From: a phage
Direction: 5' to 3' (one strand)
Length of the DNA: 64,000 bases
Assembly: GCA_024790105.1 (NCBI GenBank)
Contig: GCA_024790105.1_3053.1
In this document: piece after piece, positions 8,806-18,420 of the stretch
Layout of the letters: each line of letters begins with the position of its first letter
Numbering within the stretch: position 1 is the first letter of the stretch
Notes under the pieces: generated by a model
The model's database searches: none
What the model saw: only the letters and a program-made list of their open reading frames with translations
What the model was told of the DNA's origin: nothing
Translations under genes and position numbers: made by a program

Positions 8806-9604
8806 TATACACCTCATAGAACTTTTCATCAGGAATCCAACCGCGTTTAAATTCATTAAATGCTCGGCCGAATAATTTTGAATTCACAGTTATATTATTA
8901 ACTGATTTCCATTTAGCAACTCCCGTTCGTTTATAATGATCGGGGTCATATTTCGTGACGTACCATTCATATAAATTTGGTATTAATTTTACAGCCTCTG
9001 GATTTGTCGCTGATTTATTATACCATGGTTTCGCTTTTTCAAGTTCAGCTGCTTTTGCAGTAGCAGCAACAGTATTTCCAATACCAACTAATTTTTCAGT
9101 TTTAATGCGTGGATCATTAACATGAAGACGAAAAACTTCGCCCTTTTCATTTTTAAAGCATGTCATGCCTTTAATTCCAGGAAGCTTAACACCTTTATTA
9201 ACACCGCACCATTCCTTTGGGTTAAATGATCCTTTAATTAATAAGGCGCATTTACCCGATTTAATATTTCTCATTAAAACTTTATCTTTCATAAAGTTTT
9301 TTGACCATTCAGATACTGCTCTTTGATGGTAAATTCTAGCAATTTCATATAATTTACTAGAACGTAAATATTTTTCAGTGTTTAACATTCTATTCATCGC
9401 ATATGCCATTTCACGATTACGATGAATTTTATATAGTAGAAAATGTGCTAAAAAGTGTTCACGAAAAGTCAGTTTCACCAAATTTTCTTTATCATCAGAA
9501 CCTCCCATTGATCTTGGAAGGATATGATGAATTTCACCCTTAAATTTAGAAACGCGGGTTTTACCCCGCACTATTAAGTCATTATAGATTTTTTCGTAAT
9601 TCAC
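8786..9604 (-). CDS. mobA: HNH homing endonuclease (MobA-like) inserted between genes 39 and 60
   Basis: 272-aa ORF with EIHHILPRSMGGSDDKENLV...H motif; ORF-track start at 9604 is GTG without SD, first in-frame ATG at 9508, so true start uncertain. Confidence 0.7.
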   Translation of the reverse strand: MNYEKIYNDLIVRGKTRVSKFKGEIHHILPRSMGGSDDKENLVKLTFREHFLAHFLLYKIHRNREMAYAMNRMLNTEKYLRSSKLYEIARIYHQRAVSEWSKNFMKDKVLMRNIKSGKCALLIKGSFNPKEWCGVNKGVKLPGIKGMTCFKNEKGEVFRLHVNDPRIKTEKLVGIGNTVAATAKAAELEKAKPWYNKSATNPEAVKLIPNLYEWYVTKYDPDHYKRTGVAKWKSVNNITVNSKLFGRAFNEFKRGWIPDEKFYEVYNEICKN

Positions 9605-11132
9605 CTACTGTTATCCATTTACCATTAATCTGTACTTCATCATTTTCATTTACGATAATTGTATCGCCATTTAGCTCGAAAGTAAACCACTCGCCATCTT
9701 CTTTTTCTTCAAACGCTTTTTCACCAAGAACTAATCCAGTGATTGCGCAAATATCAAACAGTTCTTTGTTTTTAAGCATATCAGCATATGACATACCCCA
9801 ACTGTTGAGAACTTTACCACGCAATGGATAACCACCGTGAAGTTCTTTATCACGAACATCAATAAGATATCCGATAGCAGAATCACCCTCAGTCAAGAAA
9901 AGAGTAGTGTCAGCATCTTTACTACAAAGATTCGCTTTGATATGTTTATGAACCTTAGCTTTAGAAGCCTTTTTAGCTGCTTTAGTTTCTGCTGCTTTCT
10001 CTGCCGCCAATTTACGAGCCAAAGCAGCTTCAATAATCGGCATCAGAATTGCTTCATTATTTAGAATAGCGCGTGAAATCTTTTTAGCATCAAGTTGAAT
10101 ATGACTACGAATTTCACCGAATGGAGAAGTCAAACGCTCTTTAGTTTGAGAATCAAATCGCATGTTTTTCATATCACGAACAAACATAACGATAGTCAAA
10201 CATTCTTTAACGCGTGCTTTAGTTACATCAATTTTGAACTTACGTTTGATTTGTGGAATAAGGTCTTCACAAATATCATCCATAACACAGTCAATGTGAT
10301 GGCCACCATTCTTAGTGTGAATGTTATTCACGTAAGTTAATTGACGAAATCCATCCGGTGAACGACCAACCGCAATAGAGCAATTTTCCTGTTCTTGAAC
10401 GATAGCATGCTCATCATACTGGCGTGCATACTTCTTAAAATTGCCCTGAACCTTTTTACCGTTAAAGGTAAATTGAATATCAGGATAAACTACTGCAAGT
10501 GTCTGGAGACGATCTAGTGTAATGTCAAGATAAACTTGAGATAGCTCATTAGTTTCAAATGACATAAAATCAGGAATGAAAGTAACGCGAGTTCCTTTCC
10601 ATTTTCCAGGAATAGTTTCCCATGATTTATTTTCCATGCCGTTTGAACAACGAACTACAATATTATTTTGACCGTCGCCAGTTTCACCGACAAACATCAC
10701 AGAAAAAATGTTAGTTAAACTAGAACCAACACCGTTCATACCACCGGTGACACGTTCTTTATCATCACCAAAGTTACCACCCGCTTTTGGAATAGTCCAC
10801 GCAGCAACAGGACCAGGAATTTCTTCACCGGTAGGTGTTTTAACCATCGCCTGTGGAATACCGCGACCGTTATCTTCAACTGTTACTTGATTATTTTTAA
10901 TAGTAACATTAATTTTATTCGCGAATTTAAACTTAGTACGAATACCTTCATCTACCGAGTTATCGATAATTTCATCAATAAGCTTAACAAGACCAGGTAC
11001 ATACTGAACACTTTCCCATTTACCAAACAGAAAGCGCTCATGCATTTCATTAGCAGAAGAGCCAATATACATGCCGCTACGCTTTTTGATATGTTCAATA
11101 TCGCTCAGAATTTTAATTTCATTCTTAATCAT
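9582..11132 (-). CDS. 39: topoisomerase II large subunit gp39 (GyrB-like ATPase), truncated form completed by gp60
   Basis: 516 aa from ATG 11132 (MIKNEIKILSD...) with GAGGATAA SD; ORF-track start is GTG one codon upstream. Confidence 0.95.
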   Translation of the reverse strand: MIKNEIKILSDIEHIKKRSGMYIGSSANEMHERFLFGKWESVQYVPGLVKLIDEIIDNSVDEGIRTKFKFANKINVTIKNNQVTVEDNGRGIPQAMVKTPTGEEIPGPVAAWTIPKAGGNFGDDKERVTGGMNGVGSSLTNIFSVMFVGETGDGQNNIVVRCSNGMENKSWETIPGKWKGTRVTFIPDFMSFETNELSQVYLDITLDRLQTLAVVYPDIQFTFNGKKVQGNFKKYARQYDEHAIVQEQENCSIAVGRSPDGFRQLTYVNNIHTKNGGHHIDCVMDDICEDLIPQIKRKFKIDVTKARVKECLTIVMFVRDMKNMRFDSQTKERLTSPFGEIRSHIQLDAKKISRAILNNEAILMPIIEAALARKLAAEKAAETKAAKKASKAKVHKHIKANLCSKDADTTLFLTEGDSAIGYLIDVRDKELHGGYPLRGKVLNSWGMSYADMLKNKELFDICAITGLVLGEKAFEEKEDGEWFTFELNGDTIIVNENDEVQINGKWITVGELRKNL

Positions 11133-11201
11133 CACTTATCCTCGTTTGGTTTCGGGAATATTATACTCCGGTAGTCATAAAGCTAAAGGCCCGAAGGCCT
11201 T

Positions 11202-11462
11202 TTATTTAAAGCGAATAGTCGAATCCTTGAAGAATAGTCCAGAACATACTGTTCCTTCTACTTTCTGTCCAGTAGGTCCAATAGCACGAAATCCAGTATG
11301 CTGGAAATCATTTTCAGAGCAACCGAACCAATTATATCCAGTGATTTCAATATTAGTAAAACCACTTGAAGACAAAACTTTGGTTGCATTATCAGCATCA
11401 GTACATCCTATTAAAGACACTGCTAATACTAATGCTGCAATAGAACGATTAATATATTTCAT
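11202..11462 (-). CDS. putative lipoprotein (86 aa)
   Basis: signal peptide with lipobox LIGC; ATG 11462 with AAAGGG SD. Confidence 0.6.
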   Translation of the reverse strand: MKYINRSIAALVLAVSLIGCTDADNATKVLSSSGFTNIEITGYNWFGCSENDFQHTGFRAIGPTGQKVEGTVCSGLFFKDSTIRFK

Positions 11463-11464
11463 AA

Positions 11465-11641
11465 TTACCCTTTAAGCAAGTCGTAAAATCCGCCATTCAC
11501 ATGCTTAGGGGCAGAGACTAACCGAATAGCAATCCGATGACAATCAGGACATACATCAGTATCTCTTTCAGAAATTTTCTTGATTTTTTCGTATTCTTTT
11601 GCGCAATCTTCGGATTGGCATTTATAATCATAAAGCGGCAT
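11465..11641 (-). CDS. small zinc-ribbon protein (58 aa), below ORF-track cutoff
   Basis: MPLYDYKCQSEDCAKEYEKIKKISERDTDVCPDCHRIAIRLVSAPKHVNGGFYDLLKG; two CxxC pairs; ATG 11641. Confidence 0.45.
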   Translation of the reverse strand: MPLYDYKCQSEDCAKEYEKIKKISERDTDVCPDCHRIAIRLVSAPKHVNGGFYDLLKG

Positions 11642-11643
11642 AA

Positions 11644-12057
11644 TTATTCCTTAAAGTGAGCTTTCAACATCTGATACAAGGACCATGCTTGTTCATTATT
11701 TTCAATAGTAACTTTCATTACCGGGAATTCAGATGGTTCAGTTACTGGTGCAGGGTCTTCCTGCTCTTCAGCAGCCTGATATGGATTTTCCACTTCATTA
11801 AAGAACTCGGCTTCGTTGCTAGAAAGCCAGATAAAGTTTTCATCAAGGATATCACCGCCTGTTGCGTATCTAACCATGCCAGTAGATGTCACAATTTTAG
11901 TAGGACGCCCGTAATAGTCAACATCTAAAATTTTAAAAGGTTCCATACCTAAACGCCGCGCATAGATTCCGTTATCAGTATGGTCTTTAATAAAATTTTC
12001 TTGAGCTTGTTTATTTTTAAATTGATACCATTTATTAACTTCAAATTTAATAGCCAT
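11644..12057 (-). CDS. hypothetical protein (137 aa), goF position
   Basis: ATG 12057 overlapping upstream stop (TAATG). Confidence 0.65.
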   Translation of the reverse strand: MAIKFEVNKWYQFKNKQAQENFIKDHTDNGIYARRLGMEPFKILDVDYYGRPTKIVTSTGMVRYATGGDILDENFIWLSSNEAEFFNEVENPYQAAEEQEDPAPVTEPSEFPVMKVTIENNEQAWSLYQMLKAHFKE

Positions 12058-12272
12058 TAATAAATTTCCTTCCAGTAAGTTGTGCCATCTTCAGTAATTT
12101 CACGAAATACGCCGTAAATTGGCTGTTTATCACCAACCTTTTCGTAAACATAAACCGAAGTCAAGTGAGTAAACTTAATGGTGTGTTCCTTTTGAACCAC
12201 TACCAAATCTGGATCGAATAATACATCTTCAAATTCGTCATTAGTGCATTTCTGAACAGTTTTACGTTTCAT
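12057..12272 (-). CDS. hypothetical protein (71 aa), cef position
   Basis: 71-aa ORF; length and position match T4 cef. Confidence 0.6.
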   Translation of the reverse strand: MKRKTVQKCTNDEFEDVLFDPDLVVVQKEHTIKFTHLTSVYVYEKVGDKQPIYGVFREITEDGTTYWKEIY

Positions 12273-12360
12273 TACAATTTCCTCATTAATTGAACAGTGG
12301 AGCGATGCGTTTCAGAAGAGTAGCAGCACCTTTGGCAAATTTTCCATTTTATTCTCCAAG

Positions 12361-12420
12361 TTGTTTTCTGTATCAGTAGTTGATATTGATATAGTACCAT
12401 AATCAACTACTGATGTATAT
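12361..12420 (-). promoter_or_regulatory. degenerate early-promoter cassette carrying an inverted repeat
   Basis: TCAGTAGTTGAT...ATCAACTACTGA palindrome flanking the -10-like block; lacks canonical GTTTAC. Confidence 0.3.
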
Positions 12421-12445
12421 AGTTTTATGAAAAAAAATTTAAACT

Positions 12446-12943
12446 TTATGCACAGCGAGCTTTGCTATAGTGTTTAATCCAACTTTCAGGAATGACTTTG
12501 TATGTTCCTAAAAATACCGCGTTGTACAACTTAACGCCATCTTCTACCCATTGATCGGTAATGTATGCACACATAGCACGAGTACGATGTTTTTGAACAA
12601 CCCCTTCCTCATCTTCGGTAAATTCGAATTCATAAGGAGCAATGAACTTAATAGCCTGACCGAGTTTCCACTTAAAGTCTACACCTACATGCGAAGTATC
12701 AATCGTTTCAATTCCTTTAGCAGGAACAGCTTTCAAAAACGCAGACTCAAGAAATTTCGCACGAACATAGCCAAACTGAGGTTTAGACTTTCCATCTTTA
12801 GGAATGATACGCACTTTTACTTCAGAATCTTCATCTTTAACACCGTGTTTAAGCTGAATGCTTACAATTTCAACCAATTTTCCTGCTGCTTTAGAACGGG
12901 ATTTATCAGATACACGAGCAATTTCACCAATATTAATAATCAT
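12446..12943 (-). CDS. hypothetical protein (165 aa), MotB position
   Basis: ATG 12943; C-terminal ITDQWVEDGVKLYNAVF region paralogous to next gene. Confidence 0.65.
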   Translation of the reverse strand: MIINIGEIARVSDKSRSKAAGKLVEIVSIQLKHGVKDEDSEVKVRIIPKDGKSKPQFGYVRAKFLESAFLKAVPAKGIETIDTSHVGVDFKWKLGQAIKFIAPYEFEFTEDEEGVVQKHRTRAMCAYITDQWVEDGVKLYNAVFLGTYKVIPESWIKHYSKARCA

Positions 12944-12969
12944 AGTTATCTCTCACTTGTTAAAAAGAT

Positions 12970-13017
12970 TTTATACTCCACAGGACCATTATACTCTGGT
13001 CCCAAGAGTTTGTAAAC
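12970..13017 (-). promoter_or_regulatory. early promoter
   Basis: GTTTAC at 13017-13012 with downstream -10-like block. Confidence 0.45.
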
Positions 13018-13019
13018 TA

Positions 13020-13565
13020 TTAATTCAAAATAGCTACCACTGCACTACGAGGTACTACGCTAAAATCACCTGCATGAACCACGTTCAAAAGTTCAACACC
13101 ATCTTCAATCCACTGGTCTGTTACCCAACCACAGATAGGATTATCAAAAGGACGACGGATAGACACAGCAGCACACAACAGGTCTGTAGGGTCTTGTTCT
13201 TCAACTTCTTGGAACAGGATGAACTCTGCTTCATAAACCAGGATTTTCTCTATTTTGTTATTGTCTAAACGACGACCGTGGACAATATAAGATTTAGTAA
13301 ACCATTTACTTTTTTCAAAGTCTTCAACGGTAAATTCGCCTTCGCCAAAAACATCAGTCAGAATTTTATGGCCGGAAATCAAGGCATTAGTTTTAATTTC
13401 AGGTTCAACCAGTTTGTAGGTTTTGCCGATTTCAATAGCGGTAGTCATAGTAGGTTCCTTAATTTCCAGCGGTTTAACAGGGCATACATAAGTGCTTACA
13501 ACATCAAAATCAATCAGTTTAGCTACCGGATTTGGTGTGTATTCAGGATTATAATTAAATTTCAT
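13020..13565 (-). CDS. hypothetical protein (181 aa), paralog of preceding gene
   Basis: ATG 13565; shares C-terminal VTDQWIEDGVELLNVVHAG motif. Confidence 0.65.
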   Translation of the reverse strand: MKFNYNPEYTPNPVAKLIDFDVVSTYVCPVKPLEIKEPTMTTAIEIGKTYKLVEPEIKTNALISGHKILTDVFGEGEFTVEDFEKSKWFTKSYIVHGRRLDNNKIEKILVYEAEFILFQEVEEQDPTDLLCAAVSIRRPFDNPICGWVTDQWIEDGVELLNVVHAGDFSVVPRSAVVAILN

Positions 13566-13567
13566 AA

Positions 13568-14068
13568 TTATCTCATTTCAATAAAATCTACAAGTTCAGC
13601 ATGCGATTTGCGGAACATTACTTGGTGCCCGCCAATGATAACTTGATCATCTGGAACTTCGTATATAGCGAGATAAAATCCTTTAGAAGATAATTCTTCC
13701 CGCTCTTCTCGTGTGAACCATCTCATCATATCATATTCACTAGCGAAAGCAAAATGATAAAGAGCTATAAACCATCCTGGAATATGATATTCTACTCCAA
13801 CATAATCTTTCTTGAACTTAGTATTAATTACTATATTAGCGTTTTTAACTAATAGCTTATCTTCGTGTGGTAAAGGAATTCTTTTATTATTATCGCTATG
13901 GTGCATAAAATTAGGTCTGTCATAACCTACGTGTAATAACCACTCTTCGCTCCATGAATCTATTATACTCCTGTACGGCGTTATTTGAACACAAAGATTT
14001 CGACGTATTGTTATAGCATCTTCATAATTAAGAATACTAAAAGATGATTCAACACGATAAATTTTCAT
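13568..14068 (-). CDS. hypothetical protein (166 aa)
   Basis: ATG 14068 with GAGGATAATAAA SD. Confidence 0.65.
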   Translation of the reverse strand: MKIYRVESSFSILNYEDAITIRRNLCVQITPYRSIIDSWSEEWLLHVGYDRPNFMHHSDNNKRIPLPHEDKLLVKNANIVINTKFKKDYVGVEYHIPGWFIALYHFAFASEYDMMRWFTREEREELSSKGFYLAIYEVPDDQVIIGGHQVMFRKSHAELVDFIEMR

Positions 14069-14091
14069 TTTATTATCCTCAGTAGCTATGG

Positions 14092-14124
14092 TGTTATAAT
14101 ACCATAACTAACCGAGGAAGTAAA
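14092..14124 (-). promoter_or_regulatory. early promoter
   Basis: GTTTAC 14124-14119, -10 TATTATAA. Confidence 0.5.
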
Positions 14125-14131
14125 CAACTTT

Positions 14132-14815
14132 TTATCGTTTTGTTGGAAGAGACAGAGGATCGCATTCTTCCTCTGATGGAGCATCTTCAAGACCCATGGC
14201 ATAGCGCAAAGCATACTTCATCATCAGGATGTCTTTCGCACAGTCATGAATAGAATCATGTGCAACGAATCCATCTAAAGTTCCCTTTGGAAGAGGACAC
14301 GTGGTCATATCACGAACAAGGAGAAGTGCTTCAATTCTGGTACGAATATCACGCTGATTCCAGAATTTACATGGTTCTAACTTAAATGTGTCAAGTTCAT
14401 TCTCAGAAACGCCGTTAAGACGTTGAATATCGCGAATGAGATCGACTAAAATTGGAAAATCAAATGACATTCCACGGCACCAGCCATGAGATTTCCAAGG
14501 ATCGATGTTATGTGCATTGATGTAATCATTAAATTTTACAATACCATCGATAGTGCTTACATCTTCATCTGACGGCGCAATATTTTTTCGAGCTTCAGGA
14601 GACTGATTTTTCCACCATTCGATAGTGCTTTTAGTAAAAAGACGTTGTCCTTTTTGGCTTTTTAAATCAAATTTGATTTTAATGCCGCGTGAAACTAATT
14701 CATCAAATGTTTCAACTACTTCTGGGTTAGGGTCAAAGGCAATAACAGCCAAATCAATAACAGCTGCTTTTTCACCGCTTCCCATTGTTTCAAAATCTAT
14801 AATAAAATCAAACAT
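14132..14815 (-). CDS. dexA: exonuclease A (DexA)
   Basis: 227 aa from ATG 14815 (MFDFIIDFETMG...) with GAGGAAAATTTA SD; ORF-track start is TTG upstream. Confidence 0.85.
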   Translation of the reverse strand: MFDFIIDFETMGSGEKAAVIDLAVIAFDPNPEVVETFDELVSRGIKIKFDLKSQKGQRLFTKSTIEWWKNQSPEARKNIAPSDEDVSTIDGIVKFNDYINAHNIDPWKSHGWCRGMSFDFPILVDLIRDIQRLNGVSENELDTFKLEPCKFWNQRDIRTRIEALLLVRDMTTCPLPKGTLDGFVAHDSIHDCAKDILMMKYALRYAMGLEDAPSEEECDPLSLPTKR

Positions 14816-15057
14816 TAAATTTTCCTCGCTAAATCGCAAATTTGACCTACAGTATAATCTTGGATATAAACTTTATTAATAGGCTCATCAATAAATTTTG
14901 CCATAGATTCAATATCTTTTTGTATCTCTTCAAGACTGTATACTATCTTTGAAGCTTTTTCGCGAATAGTAACATTATCAGGTCCTGGATTTTCCTCAAT
15001 GACAGCTTTAACATTTGTCATAAGAGATTTAAATTGGTGTAAACTTAATTCAATCAT
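14815..15057 (-). CDS. hypothetical protein (80 aa), tandem paralog
   Basis: ATG 15057 (MIELSLHQFK...); ORF-track start 15090 is GTG. Confidence 0.55.
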   Translation of the reverse strand: MIELSLHQFKSLMTNVKAVIEENPGPDNVTIREKASKIVYSLEEIQKDIESMAKFIDEPINKVYIQDYTVGQICDLARKI

Positions 15058-15295
15058 TAATAACCGCCTTATAAAGATGGCTAATTTCACCTAAAATATA
15101 ATCACTTATTGTAACAGTTTTCACTTCACCACAAAAGAATTCTAACGCAATCAAATCTCGTTCAATTTCTTCCAATTGAAGCATTAACTTGCCTGATTCA
15201 ATTTTCACGTTTTTGCGATTTTTACTATAAGCTATTTCATAAATTTCGCTCACTTTATCTTGAAGTAGATAAAACTGGTCTTTAGTTATTTCCAC
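15050..15295 (-). CDS. hypothetical protein (81 aa), tandem paralog
   Basis: no in-frame ATG near 5' end; GTG 15295 preceded by GAGGAAG SD; LEEIERDL...ISDYILGEI motif shared with neighbour. Confidence 0.5.
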   Translation of the reverse strand: MEITKDQFYLLQDKVSEIYEIAYSKNRKNVKIESGKLMLQLEEIERDLIALEFFCGEVKTVTISDYILGEISHLYKAVIND

Positions 15296-15316
15296 GAATA
15301 GCTTCCTCAAATTTAA

Positions 15317-16636
15317 TCATACATAAAACACATCATAACGACCACGTGTTACACCAACATAAAGAAGCTGCTGTGCTAGTTCAGCATCTGCATAATGAAT
15401 ACAAGGCGTATAGATGAAAGCACGGTCTACAGACATACCTTGCGTCTTATGGATTGTTGATGCAGGAAGTGCTTTCACTTTACTAAATTGTGATTTAGCA
15501 TCCCAAAAATCACTCCACGGAGCTTTTCCACCTTTATTCCAATTTTTGTAAGTTTCTGCCGTTTTACCTAAAAATAAGTTAAACTTATACAGCTCTTCAT
15601 CAGATGAAATTATTTTAATCTTTTCACGATAATATTCATCATCGCCGTAAGTTTCTACTGTTAAATCCCAATGACGAATTAAGTATTCTCCAGAAACACC
15701 ACGAGCTTTAACAAAGGTTGATGTATACTCTGCTTCTATAATACGAACTAATTGTCCGTTATTAAAAATAATTTCTGACACAGGCTTTCCATCAATTTTA
15801 TATGTTTTAATTAATGGTTCCTGCATTACAATAATTTCACCGACAATAAAATCTTTATCAGTTTCAAAAATCTTTTTACGAATAATGCTATTTAACTTGT
15901 CAACAGATTTATTCGTAAATGCCATTACGCGATTTTCAAATAAATCATCTAGTGATTTGACGATTGAAAAATAATTTACCATAAAATCGCGTAAAGCGGT
16001 ATCACCGGTAAATCCACGTACTCCATGCCCGTCAACAACTTTATCATAAATCCACTTACCGTTGCGAACATCAGTAGCTACATCAATAATAGGAGCATTA
16101 CTGCGTTTAACTTCAGTAAGTTCACACTGATAAAAATCTTTGTGTGTAAAGAATGGACTGATATAAGCAGTATTTTCTCCTGGATCAACAGGTCTAATTT
16201 GCTTATTATCACCTATTCCAATTATAGTACACCAGGGTGGAATAGTTGAAAGCAGAATTTTAAATAGCTTTCTATCATACATTGACACTTCGTCGCAGAT
16301 TAATACCCTGCATTTAGCTAAATCTGGTACTTCCTTCTGTTCAAAAAGAACATTTTCTTCATATGTTACTGGGTTAATTTTAAGAATACTATGAATAGTA
16401 CTCGCTTCTTTCCCCGACAGTTTTGAAAGAATCTTTTTAGCTGCATGTGTAGGAGCTGCTAAAATAATACCAGTTTCACCCGTAGATATTAAAGCTTCAA
16501 TGATGAACTTGGTAAGAGTAGTCTTACCAGTACCAGCAGGTCCATTAATAGTTACATGATGTTTCTTTTCTTTAATAGCCCTCATAACAATGTTAAAGGC
16601 ATTTTTCTGGCCTTCGGTCAAATCATCAAATGTCAT
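15317..16636 (-). CDS. dda: Dda DNA helicase (SF1)
   Basis: 439 aa, Walker A GPAGTGKT; ATG 16636. Confidence 0.95.
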   Translation of the reverse strand: MTFDDLTEGQKNAFNIVMRAIKEKKHHVTINGPAGTGKTTLTKFIIEALISTGETGIILAAPTHAAKKILSKLSGKEASTIHSILKINPVTYEENVLFEQKEVPDLAKCRVLICDEVSMYDRKLFKILLSTIPPWCTIIGIGDNKQIRPVDPGENTAYISPFFTHKDFYQCELTEVKRSNAPIIDVATDVRNGKWIYDKVVDGHGVRGFTGDTALRDFMVNYFSIVKSLDDLFENRVMAFTNKSVDKLNSIIRKKIFETDKDFIVGEIIVMQEPLIKTYKIDGKPVSEIIFNNGQLVRIIEAEYTSTFVKARGVSGEYLIRHWDLTVETYGDDEYYREKIKIISSDEELYKFNLFLGKTAETYKNWNKGGKAPWSDFWDAKSQFSKVKALPASTIHKTQGMSVDRAFIYTPCIHYADAELAQQLLYVGVTRGRYDVFYV

Positions 16637-16944
16637 CGTAAATTCCCTGCAATTGGTATACTAACAATACGCCCAGTATCTAAAATTCGCTGATATAATC
16701 TTTGTGTGTCTACATCAGGCTTAACATGTTTAACTTCTATTTTATTAAACCAAAATTTACGTGGAGTCTCAACTAATCTTGGAATTCCCTTACCTAAAGC
16801 TAGTTGATACTGCTCTTTAAGAGTGGTAAATACTTTATCAGCAATCTCCCTTTCAAAAAATACAGCAGGACGATGTTCATCAAGCGGAACTGGCGCCGTA
16901 AATCCGTCTTTGTCTCGGTAAACTATCGCATATACATAAACCAT
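16633..16944 (-). CDS. hypothetical protein (103 aa)
   Basis: ATG 16944 with GAGGATAAT SD; ATGA overlap with dda. Confidence 0.65.
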   Translation of the reverse strand: MVYVYAIVYRDKDGFTAPVPLDEHRPAVFFEREIADKVFTTLKEQYQLALGKGIPRLVETPRKFWFNKIEVKHVKPDVDTQRLYQRILDTGRIVSIPIAGNLR

Positions 16945-16945
16945 A

Positions 16946-17692
16946 TTATCCTCGGATAAGTTTAAAAATTGAACAATTCAGCGGGTATCCTCTTTTCAGT
17001 TTAAGTTTATCAATAAAAGACAAGTTTTGATACCGCTCTACACCTTGAATAATTTTATCACACATGTCATATTGCATTTCTGCTTCTGACAACTTTTTCA
17101 CAGTTTTCCAATCCGAGCCTTTAAGAAGAACGTTCAATTTAACAACTTCAGCGCCTTCTGCTATACGAGAACCATCAATACGAGCTTTAAGTGCTATAAT
17201 CGTTAGCTTAACGTCAGAAGTTTGTTTTGATTTAGAAAGCTGAGAAATGTGTTCAATTCGATTTTCACGTTTTTTCTGTATAGCTTTAATTTGATTATAA
17301 GTCTTTTTGATTTTAGCCCATTTCTTTTCATCTAAATTTAGTTTATGAACTTTTTTCGCAGATGAACGACCAATTCGCAAAGCAAATAAATCACGCTTTT
17401 CAATCAACTCTTCTAAAGTATAATCAGAACGAAATGTATTATACTTTTTCTTTACTGCAATAACATTCCCTTTAATGTATCCAACGTTATTATCAAAACG
17501 TTCTAATGATAATTTCTCTCCTTCAATACGATTATCAAAAGGTTCTCCCGAGTAAGCACAAACTTTTTGGTCTAAAATATTCTTAATGTAATTGAAGTCT
17601 AAGTTAAAATCTTTAGAACGTCTTTTTGCAGATGCCTGAGTATGCTCTAGACGACGTTTAATTTTACGAATTTGGTTATTAGACAGCTTCAT
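16946..17692 (-). CDS. hypothetical basic protein (248 aa), Srd position
   Basis: ATG 17692 with GAGAAAAAT SD. Confidence 0.65.
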   Translation of the reverse strand: MKLSNNQIRKIKRRLEHTQASAKRRSKDFNLDFNYIKNILDQKVCAYSGEPFDNRIEGEKLSLERFDNNVGYIKGNVIAVKKKYNTFRSDYTLEELIEKRDLFALRIGRSSAKKVHKLNLDEKKWAKIKKTYNQIKAIQKKRENRIEHISQLSKSKQTSDVKLTIIALKARIDGSRIAEGAEVVKLNVLLKGSDWKTVKKLSEAEMQYDMCDKIIQGVERYQNLSFIDKLKLKRGYPLNCSIFKLIRG

Positions 17693-17730
17693 ATTTTTCT
17701 CACATCTTACGGACGATTTAATACTTTATT

Positions 17731-17760
17731 ACTATAACATTTTTACCTTAACTTGTAAAC
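17731..17760 (-). promoter_or_regulatory. early promoter
   Basis: GTTTAC 17760-17755, -10 TGTTATAGT. Confidence 0.5.
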
Positions 17761-17773
17761 AACTTTATGTAAA

Positions 17774-17800
17774 AATGCTTTAAAAATTTCATGGTATAAT
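17774..17800 (+). promoter_or_regulatory. MotA-box middle-promoter-like element on plus strand, antisense to modA
   Basis: aaTGCTTTA (17776-17782), 12-nt spacer, TATAAT (17795-17800) on plus strand. Confidence 0.35.
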
Positions 17801-17817
17801 GAATCTAAGTCCTTCCA

Positions 17818-18420
17818 TTATAGATTAAATCTTTCAAAATCAAGAGTATAGATAGTGTATGTTGAATACTTTTTGTACTCATATCTATCTGCAATTCTAA
17901 ATACACTTCCAGCTGGTATCATTACTTCTTGTTCATCTGAAACTAATTCCATATTACGATAACGATGGCTATCCGGAAACTTAAAGTTTGGATTGTATTC
18001 TTTACAGCGTAGAGCTTTTATAGCATACTCCTGGAAATTGAATACCATAGGAGCTTTGAATTCAAAAATAACTTGTGTGTTATACTCTAAACCGGAAGCA
18101 AAATGTAGAGCTATATTTTTATCATATGAAGCTGATACGACTTTATCAAATATAATAATATCAATTCCTTGATTTAACACTTGCTTAGTCTCGACTGGAA
18201 CACCTCTCCAAAGAGGTTTATCGTTTGGAACCAAACGAGATTTGATTATTTCATTTAACCAAGTATGGTCATCTGGCTTATTGGTAATACAATGAATTAA
18301 AAGTTCAATTTCAGATAAATTAAACCCTTCAGAAAGCAATTCTTCACGAATAGAAGCACGCACCGATGCATCCATTGATTTTATTTTAAAATCTTTTAGT
18401 TGCATTACTGAGTATTTCAT
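17818..18420 (-). CDS. modA: ADP-ribosyltransferase ModA
   Basis: 200 aa; ATG 18420 overlapping modB stop; length and position. Confidence 0.8.
   Translation of the reverse strand: MKYSVMQLKDFKIKSMDASVRASIREELLSEGFNLSEIELLIHCITNKPDDHTWLNEIIKSRLVPNDKPLWRGVPVETKQVLNQGIDIIIFDKVVSASYDKNIALHFASGLEYNTQVIFEFKAPMVFNFQEYAIKALRCKEYNPNFKFPDSHRYRNMELVSDEQEVMIPAGSVFRIADRYEYKKYSTYTIYTLDFERFNL

Noticed and set aside
9508-9604. Using the ORF-track start (9604) of the mobA-like ORF as a confident start
   Set aside because: The codon there is GTG without an SD and overlaps the gene 39 3' end; the first in-frame ATG is at 9508, so the start is left uncertain.
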